A stretch of DNA of 64,000 nucleotides from Oculina patagonica (lineage: Eukaryota): assembly GCF_052425735.1 (NCBI RefSeq), contig NC_135770.1, forward strand, positions 36,642,001 through 36,706,000, in the 5' to 3' direction. Made by a program: the position numbers and the translations under genes. The notes below the pieces were generated by a model that saw nothing but the letters and a program-made list of their open reading frames with translations, did no database searches and was not told where the DNA came from. This document shows positions 23,836-45,100 of this stretch, one piece after another; the first letter of the stretch is position 1; every line of letters starts with the position of its first letter.

Positions 23836-24843
23836 TGGGACTCGAACCCGAGACCTCCCGCACGGTAGTTCGGCGCTCTACCAACTGAGCTAACCGGTCG
23901 GCGGTTAGACATGAGACACTGGGAAAGGACAGAATGGGTCCTGGTCAAGTGTGAGAATCGCATTCATGTTATAAACGGCACACATACATACATAAACATA
24001 TATGAACTTTATTTGATTTGCGATATACAGAGCTAACTATATCCTTATAGCTTCTCATTCAAAAGTAAATGAATAACAGAGCTTTACAATCCCTTTATGA
24101 TTCTTTAAATACCCATACTACATCATTATTTTTTATGTTATGCTTAAAGGAGTAAAAATCATAAGAAACTTTTAAAGGAATTGGTTGAATTATATTTTTG
24201 ACACAACTGGAAGTCATAGTAAATTTCCATAGAGTTTGTTAACCTATAAATAATAAATCTCAACTGTCAAAACACGAATTCTCTTTACTGGCCTACATAC
24301 ATTTCTTGTAGCATTAGCAAGGAGGATATATTTAGTATCACAATTTCGTAAATTCTCACAACTTATATGCTGATATAAAGAGAAGAGCATTGTTAGAAAT
24401 TTTGTCATAAGACAAGTTATTTTCTTCAGGTCTACATGACCAAATCCTTGACGTTAAATTCTCAATATATCCTTAAAAATTAAAAGTAAACAGCTTAATA
24501 AGGCAAGTTATCCTTAGCTTTTGATTTTGACCAGAGAAACAAGAACTAACAATATTGAAAAATCTGATTGCCCTTAAAATATTTTTATAGGTATTATAAA
24601 ACTATCGCTAATTTTTCCCTTAATAACAAATACTTAACTTATTACCCTAATACCCTGTGAGTAATGCCGTCTTCACTGTTTGGCACACAGAAGAGTTTAG
24701 AGTAAAGGACGCTCTACGCACAGGGTAATATCTTATAAAACATTAACACCCAATCACGCACGTCACGCACGGTAATCGCGCACGTTTCACAGACAGGACA
24801 AAGGGGGATTATCGGTAACAGAATCACTCGTCGTGCGTTTCTT

Positions 24844-33579
<8,736 letters not shown>

Positions 33580-34938
33580 GGTCTTTTTATAATGTGACGT
33601 CGCTAAAGAAACAGTCAAAAGGCTACAAGGAATAAAATATTTATCGATAAAATACACGCTCCACTTCTCTTAGGAGCTGAGATGTGTGCGACCTGCAAAC
33701 TTGGGCCCAGACTCCTACCGTGATTTGGTAAAGTAGATTGCGTGATTTCTAGCATGTGACGTCAATTTTATAAAATGGCTTCAGACGATTTGTTTGTTCA
33801 GTATTAGACATACCAAAATAGTCAAGCGAAGACTTTTAATATAAAGTCGAAAATGCGAGATTTTTTTCAATATTCAGGAAAACAGGCAATCAATATTCGC
33901 AGAATACGAGAATGCGAGCTTCATAGTTTGGCGTGACCTGGTCTGTTTCGCGTTCATGTACCAAGTTTTGATCTTTCCGTGACCCGATCTATTTAAATAC
34001 AGAGAGCTTAAATTATGCCAGATAAATACGCCTGGAGCTATGCCAAAAATTTTCCCATGATCGGTTTGAAGGCAGTATGTAGCTAGACTATACACGATAA
34101 AATATCTGATCCCGCCGAACGAGCAGAAACACCGGGGAGAAACACAAAAACAGAAATCGAGCCCTCCACTAACTGGCCCCCACAAGACCGACAAGAAATT
34201 CGGCCGATGTAATGTAAGCAGGGGCGTCCTTTTCAGACAATACCTGAAGAATACGAGTCTTAGAGAGAAAGATGTCCTTTTCTTAGTCTTAGTATCAACG
34301 TTGTGTAGATTTACTCTGGCCATCAATCTGGAAGATTTATTTTTGAACAACACTTTTCTTAGCTTCGTACAAGTGTGGTTAGAAGATATGAGGTGCAAAC
34401 TACGATGGTTAACACGATTAGACACATGACCCAGTTTGCCACGTTTCACTCAAAGTGTATCATACCTCACCTTAAATGAATTCCAAAGATCATTGCTATA
34501 GTTGAAGCCACCGGTCTTGTTTGTGATAGCCTCGCTCTCTTTCAAATTTTCCATGTCCAAGTTTTCACTGAGAAATAGAAAGTAAACTGCAGTGCAAATA
34601 TAGCCGGGGAGATCAAGTGTTCTGACGGATTTCAGCTGTGATGGAGACAGGGTCACGCTATCGTATGAGATATTTTATTACAAACTTCTGTTGAAGATAA
34701 ATGTCATTGTGTGACAGTACTACAATGGTCGATCGCTTGAGAAGACTACAATGCTAACAATATGGGCAGGCAAGAATTACCAAGAATTATCAAAGACAGC
34801 GTGAACGAAGTCTAGTAGGAACTCTGTCCGTGATTGAATACAATTCACTATTGAGGTTATATCTGCAATATATAATCCCGATTAAACCCCAAACCCACCC
34901 ACCCCGCCTCTGGCCCGGCCAGAGCTGTTATGTTTTGA

Positions 34939-35150
34939 GAGGGTAGCAAAGGGTTTATGCGTGACGCGTGAAAAGGCCAAAAATTAAAACGTGACGCGTG
35001 AAAATAGGGCAAAAATTAGACCGTGACGCGTGAAAATAGCTAGAAAAGGCACGTGATTCGTGAATTCTGCTGTTTCAAGTATACGTGACACGTGAATTTG
35101 GTTAAAATTTGTGCGTGAAATGGGATGACAATACCCCCTTTGCTACCCTC
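34939..35150. mobile_element. MITE with GAG..CTC ends and an internal array of CGTGACGCGTGAAAA motifs
   Basis: TIR GAGGGTAGCAAAGGG / CCCTTTGCTACCCTC; flanking direct repeat TTTTGA; 5-6 internal motifs at 30-32-bp spacing. Confidence 0.75.
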
Positions 35151-35309
35151 TTTTGAGTGGGACGGACTGGCTTAATTTTGGTTGGGGTGAGGGCTAGGGG
35201 ACCTGGCGATAGAAAGTGTACAGAAAATCCACCAATTTCAAAATAATACTGGAATCTTCTCAATACCATTGAATATCGTCATGGATGCTACTGAAACAAT
35301 TAAAGGATT

Positions 35310-35630
35310 GAGCTCGGTGATAAATAATAAAGATGTATTTTTCAACAATGACACGAGCATGGGACAAAGAAAAATTCTGAGTTCCCGACGGGAATCGAAC
35401 CCATGGCCTCCCAGGTACCGGTTGGGCACTCTAACCAACTGAGCTACGAGAGACTCGTGGTGAGCTGGGCCGTTTACTAGGTTGATATGCAGTATGCAGG
35501 ACGCATGCACATATCAACCTAGTAAATGGCCCAGCTCCCACCTCGAGCCAGTGGTTAGAGCGCCCACCTTGGGACGCCGCTCCGTCGAGGACCGATTCTT
35601 TGTCCCAGCTTGTCATGTGAAAAATACTCT
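35310..35630. mobile_element. Palindromic tRNA-derived repeat; related copy at about 19510-19750
   Basis: Minus-strand tRNA-like head (TAGCTCAGTTGGTTAGAG...GGTTCGATTCCC) and central inverted arms GAGCTGGGCCGTTTACTAGGTTGATATG / CATATCAACCTAGTAAATGGCCCAGCTC. Confidence 0.65.
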
Positions 35631-38600
35631 TTATTAATGAAAGGATTGTAACACTTGGCTGCAGAACACCCCAGAAGGACTCCAGCATATAAGTTTTGCC
35701 CGGGTCACAGATTGATACGTTTTTATATACAATGGAAATAAAATGAATATATTTCAAATAGGAAGTAAACGATGCAGAAGGAAAGCGACATACTCATACC
35801 GGGTCGCGATACGATGGAGAAGAGGAGACGAATCTCCAATACATGTCACTCCATGTCTGAATCGGGATTAGCGAAAGAGCCTGACACGAGAACGACACCT
35901 GCCGTTTTTAGATACTTTAGATTCATTTATTAAATAAAATTTTAAAATCACTTTGAATCAATTTACTCCTCAGCGGCACTTTAGTTCCTTATTGTTTGAC
36001 TTGCACGGGAACTGAAAAGTATCAAATTAAAATGAGCAACACGACTAACAGAAAGATTTAGTGTTTATCGACAAAACCCACCTTCCGTGTATTCACGATC
36101 ACATAATAAACTTGTTATTTTTTTGCTGAAAGGAAATTTTAATAGAGTAAAATTGTCAATGCAGTCCAGTGCCGGATCAATTTAATTACAGCAAATCTGT
36201 TCTTTTTGCTAACTCTGTGCGTCTACGATAAACTGAAGTCCATCTGAAAAGCCTAAGATATATTTTTTCGTGATATCTCTTTTTTATCTAGTGTTTTTGA
36301 AAGAAAAGCGAAAAGTTACAATTTAAAAGACTCCGCCATAGATTTCGGCCTTAAATGAGTATTCCGGTTAGGTACGTGTTGAAAAAAAGGTGGTTAACAT
36401 GCCGAAATCATCGATCATTTTGCGACCCTTCTTTACCATGTTTACAGTGCTTCAGTTTGAGAGCTAGGTCAACATTTTCCGCATAGAATTTGAGCTACGA
36501 GCAAATAATTATAAAATAATACTGCAAATCAAACGCTTTGCTATCAAAATATTTACAGTGAAGAATTATAAGCGTGTAAATGATACCTATCGATCCTGCG
36601 GACGATATTTGATTTTCTTATATACCAGTGTATTTAATTCAAGCGCTCAAACTCAACGTCCGGAAAAGGAGAGCGCACTCCTGATTCCCGAGACTGAGTA
36701 TTTATACTGATCTCTACACAAATTGATATCGGGCTGTAGAGTAGTTTATTATTAGTGTATCCTGTTGAGGGTATTGTACAATCAGGACAGGTTTTAAGTC
36801 ATCGGATAATTAAAATGATCCGAGAAAAGTACATCTGGGGCTTTGTGACATTTTTAAAGAAATTAAATCAGATTTTTGAAGTGTGTTAATTGTTATTTTT
36901 ATAAGAAAGAGATTTGTATATCCTCAGCTCACCTTGTTGGATGATTTGTCGTTAATAAATCGTCTGTTGTTTCCTCTCCGTTTTGTTGTGGGATTTCAAC
37001 TAAATGTTCAAGTGGCCTTTTCTTATTCTTTTGTACGTGTACAGCCCTCTTCCTCAATCATTTGCATTTTAAATGAGACTCAAGAAGATAACTGATTTAA
37101 AACATATATTTAACTGAAAACGCCTCACTGTGTTCAAACTGTTGTTCACATGATAAGCTAAAAAATTAGAACTGGTGTTTAAAACACCTATAAGGCAACC
37201 ATTTTCAGATGTATAGGTTTTCCAACGGTTCTCCGCTGTAGAGAATATTCGACGATATTTTTTTGAACCGTTTTGTTGCCAGCCGCGCTAGATTTTGATC
37301 ACAACCATGGCAACAAGCGTCAAATGCAACAATTTTAGTGTTAATGAAAAAGTTCCATTGACTATTTCACCGACTTAAAGTAAATTATTTGACATCACAA
37401 AACCAACAAAGCGCATGCTATTTAACTTTTATTTTGCCCCATGGGCTACTGAGTAAAGTTATTTCACTTTTCAACAAATTATAGTATAAATATCATTTGT
37501 TACCATAAACTATATAACTGTATTTTACTTATGGAAAATCCAAAATCACTCACTCGTGCCTTATTAAATATAGAACTTTGTTTTATCAAAACTAACAAAT
37601 GTTAGCATGTTCCAGGCTGTCGCAAAGTGTGTCGTAAAACAAAAGGAAGAAGCTAGCAGTTCTTCGTTACGCATTTCACAGTTGTCAGTCCACTATCGGA
37701 AAGCCTCAAAAACGCTAACAAATGTATGCAAGAAGTTATTTAAATCGTTTCTTAACCCAAAATACTAAACCTTTAAAGCTACAAAAATTCCCAACTATGA
37801 AATGTCTTGAGTCGGATCAAAAGCCGAGTAAAAAAAAGAAGAAGAGCTTTCTTCCACTCTTCGACACTCTCATCCTATTAAACATGCCTGCGGTTAATAA
37901 ACGAGCTGAGAGGACGAAAGTGTTGACATTACCTGCCTGTCAAACAAATGGAAAAGCTCTTTTTCACCGGAAAACTTATGAATGATCAAGCAAGTTTTTT
38001 TGGTTAAAATTTTTGGGCAACGAGAGCGTAGAAGAGTTGAGAAGTTTTGGGAACTCTTGTCAAACGTTATCGACTTTCCTCCGCCCCTCTTTTGATCCGG
38101 CTTCTAACAACTTCTTGACATCTTTATGTTGGCTTTCTAAACCTCTTAACCAATCAAATTGCTCAAAGGTGAACGTAACCATAGTAACATGGCAGTATGG
38201 AAAACCAACATTAAGGCGTCCAAACATTTATCAAAACTTTTATCCCTTGAATTGTACAACCTTACGTACAAATACGAAATCTGCTATTCAGTGCAAAATA
38301 TGCAGCTATAAACGCATTTTCCCAAAATTTATCAATTAAATTGCAATTGCCTATTAAATATATCTTGATTTATTCTATAATTAAATAATATTGTTTCATT
38401 AAATTTTAACCAGCAACAAGAAAATATTTCACTTACGCAGGCCTAGAAATATAAATGCTGTAAATTGCCTTTGTTTTCTTTAGCAATATAAATCGATATG
38501 CATGCGTTATGCCTACATATAATAACATCTGGAGAATTACAGTTGTTTTCAAACGCTTGAAATCCACTATAAATTGACATGCAAATTCACTCTTTTTACA

Positions 38601-39145
38601 GACAAACACTTCCCTAAGTTTTTGAAACTTTCACAAGCAATACACATTACTCTCGAAACAATTCCCCTTAAATTTAACATCCATACATAATGGCACTGAA
38701 AATGACCCCACAACTATGCTTAATAAATATTCAACAATTTCAAACTTGAAATTTGTCAAGATGACTTCTTTAGATAACAAATGATGGGTGACCTGAAATG
38801 ATGCCGTAGATCGCATCTAGACTCATAACCAGTGTCAAAACTCTTTTCATCAAGGGCAAATATAATATACGTATATATGTGTACTGTAGCGATTTAATCC
38901 CTTAGTCAATACATTTATAATGCAAGTTATACTATTCATAATATTAAACCAATTCCCCCAACTATTACTTTAACAAATGTATGGAGATCAAGAAGATCTG
39001 TTTTGGCACACTTTTTTTCCCTGAGGTGTCAGGGAGCTCCATATACTGGGGGGCCGCTGTTTGGATAGCAGCCTGGTACTAGCCAGGTAGCTCCACAAGG
39101 TACCCAATACCGAGGGGCTGTCATTGGGATAACTAGTCGGCATAC

Positions 39146-42100
39146 TCATGGAGGTGCCAGGTAGCTCCGTAGGTAAGCTATACTGAGGGGCTGCCGTTTT
39201 GATAGCAGGTCGATTAATCGCCAAGGAAGAGACGAAGAGCCAAGGTGAACCTGCGGAGAGGAAGAGAAAAGAAAACAAAAGCACAAAGATCAGAAAGGAA
39301 AGTTATGCTGGAATTGATCAGTGCATCAGGAGAGGCGATCTCTCCAGAAAAGCTTCGTCCATTTAGCTAAATAGAAATTCAGAACTTTCGGTTGGAAATT
39401 AAATGGCACTGGAGCTTTCCAGAAATTCTTAAGGCAAATTCTAGGATGGGAATGGAATGCCGGAAATTTAGTCAAACTGTTCACATCTGTAAGACTGAAC
39501 AGCTGATCTTGGAAAATTTCTTATATTTCTTATATGAAATTTTCAATGATAATTACAACCGGGATTTTATGGCAAATGGTAAGCACCCTATCCTGTAAAG
39601 CAGTCATTTCCTTCTCGAGAACGCACGAGTCGCGTTAAAGCGTAAACTTCAGGCGCGAGTCGGAGTAAATAAAACAAACCTATCTTGGCTCCAAGCATTC
39701 ACTTGTCACTCACTCTCGAAGAAGGAAACAACTGCTACGCAAACTATAAGCACTTCAGCGTTGTTCAAAACCAACGTTTACGGTAATGCAGATAAGCAAA
39801 ACGCACCAAACCAATTTAACACAGCTAAATTGACTTGAAAACAAGACCATGCATACCTTGGTAATGTACCACACTAGGGACCAGTCCTGACCGTTAACAC
39901 GTAACGGTTCCACAATCCATCCGCTAGACACGATCTGCAGGAGAAAGAAAACAAACCGCGATTATGAACATCTGTGTTGGAACAATAAATGTTGTAGCCT
40001 GCGTGGCCGGCGTTCGAAGGGGAGGGAGAAGGAAAGTTTGAGCGCGAAGCGCGATCGTGGGGGATTGGGAAGGGGAACCCGTTCCCCCTTTTCCCGACCC
40101 CCCACCTCCACGATCGCGCTTCGCGCTCGAACTTCCCTTCTCCCATCCCCTTCGAACGCCGGCCACGCAGGCTACAAATGTTGCGACAACTGATGCAAGC
40201 TCGTATAGATTACTCCGTGATGCCCTGGACATTCGTAGGTTTTGTAGAAAATATTTCCCAAATTTAAAATCTGAAACGATATAACTGTTCCTAGAGGCCT
40301 AGAGAGAGACGATTTCTTAAGGAAGATATACGTAAAAACAAACTAATTGAGCATAATACGTAAGTTTCCAGCAACCTGTTTCTTAGTACTAACCTGTCCG
40401 CGGATGATTGAAGGCGACAGTGGGCACTTTGGATGCTCAATTGACTGAGATGCAAGCACATACTTCTGACCCTGAAAACAGAAAATAGCCGCAATGAAAA
40501 CATGTCAAAAAGACCTCAGTGGCTAAACAGAAAAATCTCACAGCTTATCGTAAACGCTAGTGCTGTGTAAGAATTGCTTTTTAATGGTTTATTTTACTTA
40601 ACTTACTTATTAAAATACCTTCATATCAATTTATCTTATCTGAAATAATAGTCTCTCTAAATTGCCCCCCCCCCCCCCAACCCTTTTGCCTGCGACCAGA
40701 CCCTCCGCTCCCTAATCCCCCCTCCTTGTTTCCGAACAGAAAGCCTCAGTGCTCGCAGGATCCCCCTTCTCCTGTGCACTCGTTTTGTCTGTAATTATTT
40801 CTCGCCCGCTACACGATCTGGGCAAAAAATGGAGAGGGGTTGTGAAGGTCTATTTTTACTTCAAGCAGGATTCAACTTACCTCAACGCGTTCTTTGGAGA
40901 CGTAACAGAAGTCCCGTGAGTGCGTCATAAAACACTGAGATGTCTCGTGAAGCATGTACACTGAAACAAACAAATTAAATAAATTACAAGGAAATCAAAC
41001 GAATTGTAATCCATTTCCATCCTCGCCACCCTTAGTCATCCTCACTTTCTAATGGGTTCCTGTCATTTGTCGAGTTCTGTTCTGCAAAATCAACCGTTAT
41101 TGTTGGGTTTCCTGTGATACATTCTTAGAAGGTTTAATTTACACTTCATGTAAGGCTCTTGTTGTTTCGCGCGATGTCCTCGCGTTATAAAACTGAAACA
41201 GAAATACACCAGCAGTAATACTCACCAACTTTTAGTCCTTCCTCGACATGCTCCACAATATTTATTTTCTGCAAATATATAAAAAACATTTAAAAGACAT
41301 ACGAGATGAGAGAACGGCGAACGCGAATCTCAAGAACAAGAAGGGGGAGATGAATAATCTTTTTTCGTCACTCGAATTTACCAAGATTTTTTTATATCGG
41401 TAAACGTTTCTGCATTTCCTAGATATAAGATTTGCTATACATACCTTGAGCATGTTGTCGTAAATATATCTGGACAGCGGATTTTTGACTGCCTCCCAAA
41501 CGGTCTGCGGTGATGCTTCAATGACTCCTCGCCCCATAAAACTGAAACAGTAATACACCAGCAGTAATATCATGGTGTACTTTCTACTTCATGTTATATA
41601 AACACAGAAAGGGGAGCTACCTAACCAATTTATGAGACATACGGATGGGTTTTAACAAGAGTTTTACTGATTAATCGTTTGTTTAGAAATTACAGGTTTA
41701 ATAAGCTCTCCCTTCAGCGAAGAATAATTATTTTTTCTTTCAGTTCATTAATAAAAGAAACAAAATAAGATAATCAGCTACGTAACAAAGAACAGTTTTC
41801 TCACCAGTGTAAAATTCCACCGCCACCTTCTTCTCTTTTCCTAACAATTGTGACGTCTTTCTGAATACTGTGAAACCTACAGGGGTAAGGAAACAAACGC
41901 TTAATCCCCCGTGCTAATCCAACACCTAGTCCAGTTCTGTCCCTCTCCCTACGTTGCGTGACAGAGAGAGAGGGTTAAAACTGGACTAATCCACAACCTG
42001 GAAAAAGTTAAAATGAAATGACCGCACTTCATATAAATTAATCAAAATTTTATCACTAAGAGCTAAGCTAGTGATAGAGTGATCAAGAGAAACTCAAGTG

Positions 42101-45100
42101 GATCTTCCAAACTTCCATGCTGACGAATCATTTGGAGGCGTAATCACTACAAAAAAAGTTAGAAATCATTCTTACGTCCATCCACCGTGAGACGAATCCT
42201 CCGTCACTTTCCGCGGCGAGTCTGAGAAGATTGGTGCCGACTTAATCATCTCAGGGACGCTGGACGCAAGCAGGGCCTGGAAAACACGAAAGCAAGTTTC
42301 TTAACATTCTCGTCCCCATAGCCCTTTCGTTTCTCTTAGCCGGCAGGGCCTTGGCACGAGGAAACAAAGGGCTCTGGGGACACAGGATTTCCAGTCCTAG
42401 ATTCTAGGACTTCCGTTCTTCATGTATGCAGTCATGACGTTTCAAAAGAATGTATGAGAGAGTCGTTACGTTTTCGACTTCCGTTTAGGAATTCTTTGTT
42501 CCAAACAGCCAATCAAAAAATTTCGAATTAATTCAAAAATCCTATGTCCCCAGAGCCCTCCGTTTTCTCGTGCCAAGCCGGCTAAGAGAAACGAAAGGGC
42601 TATGGGGACGAGAATGGTTTCTTAATTAATGAATCGCTCATAAGTAATCAGAAGCTTTTTTCTCCTTGCAATATGAGAACATAGTCAAACGAAAAGGTGA
42701 CGTGAATAAGGAAGTCTTAGGCCTAGTTCAGACGTCATGCTTCTGCCGTGCCGAACTTAATTCAGGCATTTATTTCGACAAAAGTACGGCGTCTGAATCA
42801 ATCTTTTGAATTAAGTTCGGCAAAGCAATTTAGATGACACAAATGACAGGGAGCAGAGCGAAGAAGAAGCTAGCGGAGCTGAATCTGAAATAAGCAAGTT
42901 TTCGGAAACTAGTCGGAAAAGAAACAAACATTGGTCGTACTTGCAAAAGGAAATTTTTTTGTTTCTGTTGCCTTTCTTTGCGTCTTTTTCTTGAGTTTTG
43001 CAATGATTTTAAAAGTAGCAGTTTTTGCTGCAATTTGGAAAACGGCGCCATTGTTGGATGACCGCTGACTAATTGTTACGTACGTAGCTTCAGTTAATCC
43101 TTAATTTGGTTCGACTCTGGCACGACGTCTGAATCAGAGTCGTGCTTCTGCCGTGCTACAGTCGAACCTAATTGCAATTAAGTTCGGCACGGCAGAAGCA
43201 AGACGTTTGAACTAGGCCTTAGGAATGCTCTCTTGATGTACAACAAATTTTTAGAACAAGCACTGAAACAATTGCTGGAAAGAAGTCAGGAGAATTCACA
43301 TTTTGAGCCTGAGGCGGGTCAAGGAAGTGTTAAGTGTTCGTCACGTCACTTACCTCTTTCAGAACCTCTGCAGCTGCGTGGTTACCAAGCACGCGGAATT
43401 TTATGTGAAGTCGATTGACTGTAAAAATAAAAACACCAAACATAACCTTACTCAAGCGTTACACTTCACAAAAAAGAAATAACACCATTTCGGACCTGAG
43501 AACCATGACAAATTTAACTTACCGAGTGGTTTCTCGATGATTTCGTAATCTTCCGTTCTGCAAAGAGAAATAACAGCATTGAGAAGTCATTTACCGAAAA
43601 GCCCCTAACCCACGCGTTCGGACATTTTTATTCAAGAATGTCATTATGTTGGATGAAATGTTTCACCGTTCAGTTCTTTACAACATCATCACGACAATTG
43701 TCAACCCGAAAAATTCATACCGAGACGTATTTACAGAAGTTTAGTAGTGGTATTCTTGTAAAACTTATCTCTCTAAAAATAGTATGTAATTTATTGTAAA
43801 TGTAATTTATTTACCCGACGAAACACGGAAAAGCTTTCAGGAGCTCGTTAGAAAGTGTACGTGGAATTTGGAGTTTTGGCTTTTGTGCTGAGACGAAAAC
43901 CAGCAACAAACTCAACCCACAAATTACACCGGGTCCAGGATTCGAACCTGAGCCACAATGGTGGGAGGTGAGCGCTCTCACCATTGTGCCACACCTTTTC
44001 ATGCTAAAGTTTGTACTTGCAAAATTTCAAGGCTAAGCAAATCGATCGCAAAGTCAACACTTACTTGAGATTTTCTAAATAGCTCTGTTTTTCTTCCTCC
44101 ATTTGTCGTTTCAATTCACTGATTTCTTTCTCCTTGTCAAGCTTCTGTTTTTCCAGATCTCTGAGTTTCTCTTCACACTCCTCTCGGTCCTCCTCGCTGG
44201 TTCGCAGCTTGGCTCGTGCTTCTTCCAACTGAAGGTGAAGATTCTCTCGGTCCCGCCGCTCAAATTGAAGCCTGAAGTCAAATTATAAAGCGTACATGAG
44301 AGTTTAGGATTCTCGTTCCCCGTCCCCACAGCCCTTTCGTTTCTCTTAGCCGGCTTGGCACGAGAAAACGAAGAGCACTGGGGACATAGGATTTTTGCAT
44401 TAATTCGATTTTTTTGATTGGCTGTTTGGAACAAAGAATTCCCAAACGGAAGTCGAAAACGTAACGACTCTCTCATACATTCTTTTGAAACGTCATGACT
44501 GCATACATGAAGACCGGAAGTCCTAGAATCTAGGACTGGAAATCCTGTGTTCCCAGAGCCCTTCGTTTTCTCGTGCCAAGGCCCAACCGGCTAAGAGAAA
44601 CGAAAGGGCTATGGGGACGAGAATGAGAGTTTAGCTGTTTACTATTTACATTAAATTTCCATAAAATCCGTTTGGGATGTGAATGGAAAACGACTTCATT
44701 TTCCAGGAAGAAACTAAACTTCTAAAAACGTATTTCTGTTTTCCCGGCTGGGACGTTCTAAATGGAAATTCGTGTTCCTTTTACCGTTTTTTCATCCAAC
44801 TCGTTCCCAGGGTCTCTCCCCCCTCCCCACAGAGCGAGTGTCTCTCTCCTCTCGCTCTTGGGGGCGGGGACAGAGGGACACCGGGATTGAGGTTATTTTG
44901 CATCTTTCGGAACGGTTTCAAGAATTTTCGACTTTTACAAAATGGCCTGTTCTTTGGGGAACAGTCAAATGGAACATATTATTCCCGAACGAAGATTCCC
45001 AACCGAAACTTAAGGAATTATATTGTAAATGGTAAACAACCTTTGCTAAGCATGGCAGTTGTCTCGTAATGCGACGTGCTAAACATGCCCTTAACCAATT

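Larger units (their letters stand above)
21480..23905 (-). mobile_element. tRNA-derived SINE (Deu/Nin-core-like) split by the LINE insertion: head at 23794-23905, body at about 21480-21684
   Basis: On the minus strand the head reads GGTTAGCTCAGTTGGTAGAGC (A box)...GGTTCGAGTCC (B box)...CTCAGGGTCTTAAAATAACTGAAGAGAAT. It continues across the LINE into GTACTGCCTTCGCAATGACATCTGCAAA...AAAGAACCCACACAC...AAGAGTAGGG. Confidence 0.8.

Noticed and set aside
23830-23905. Apparent tRNA gene (also about 10061-10134, 12644-12712, 35380-35450)
   Set aside because: A/B boxes are present, but I could not build convincing cloverleafs and each runs into repeat body sequence; these are SINE-type heads.
34960-35126. 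CRISPR-like repeat/spacer pattern
   Set aside because: Repeats of 15 bp and spacers of 15-17 bp are too short, there are no cas genes, the context is eukaryotic, and the array is enclosed by TIRs and a TSD.
39021-39148. Stop-codon readthrough into the triplicated segment
   Set aside because: The readthrough frame does not reproduce the repeated peptide, and the context TGA-GTA is not the typical TGA-CTA readthrough signal.
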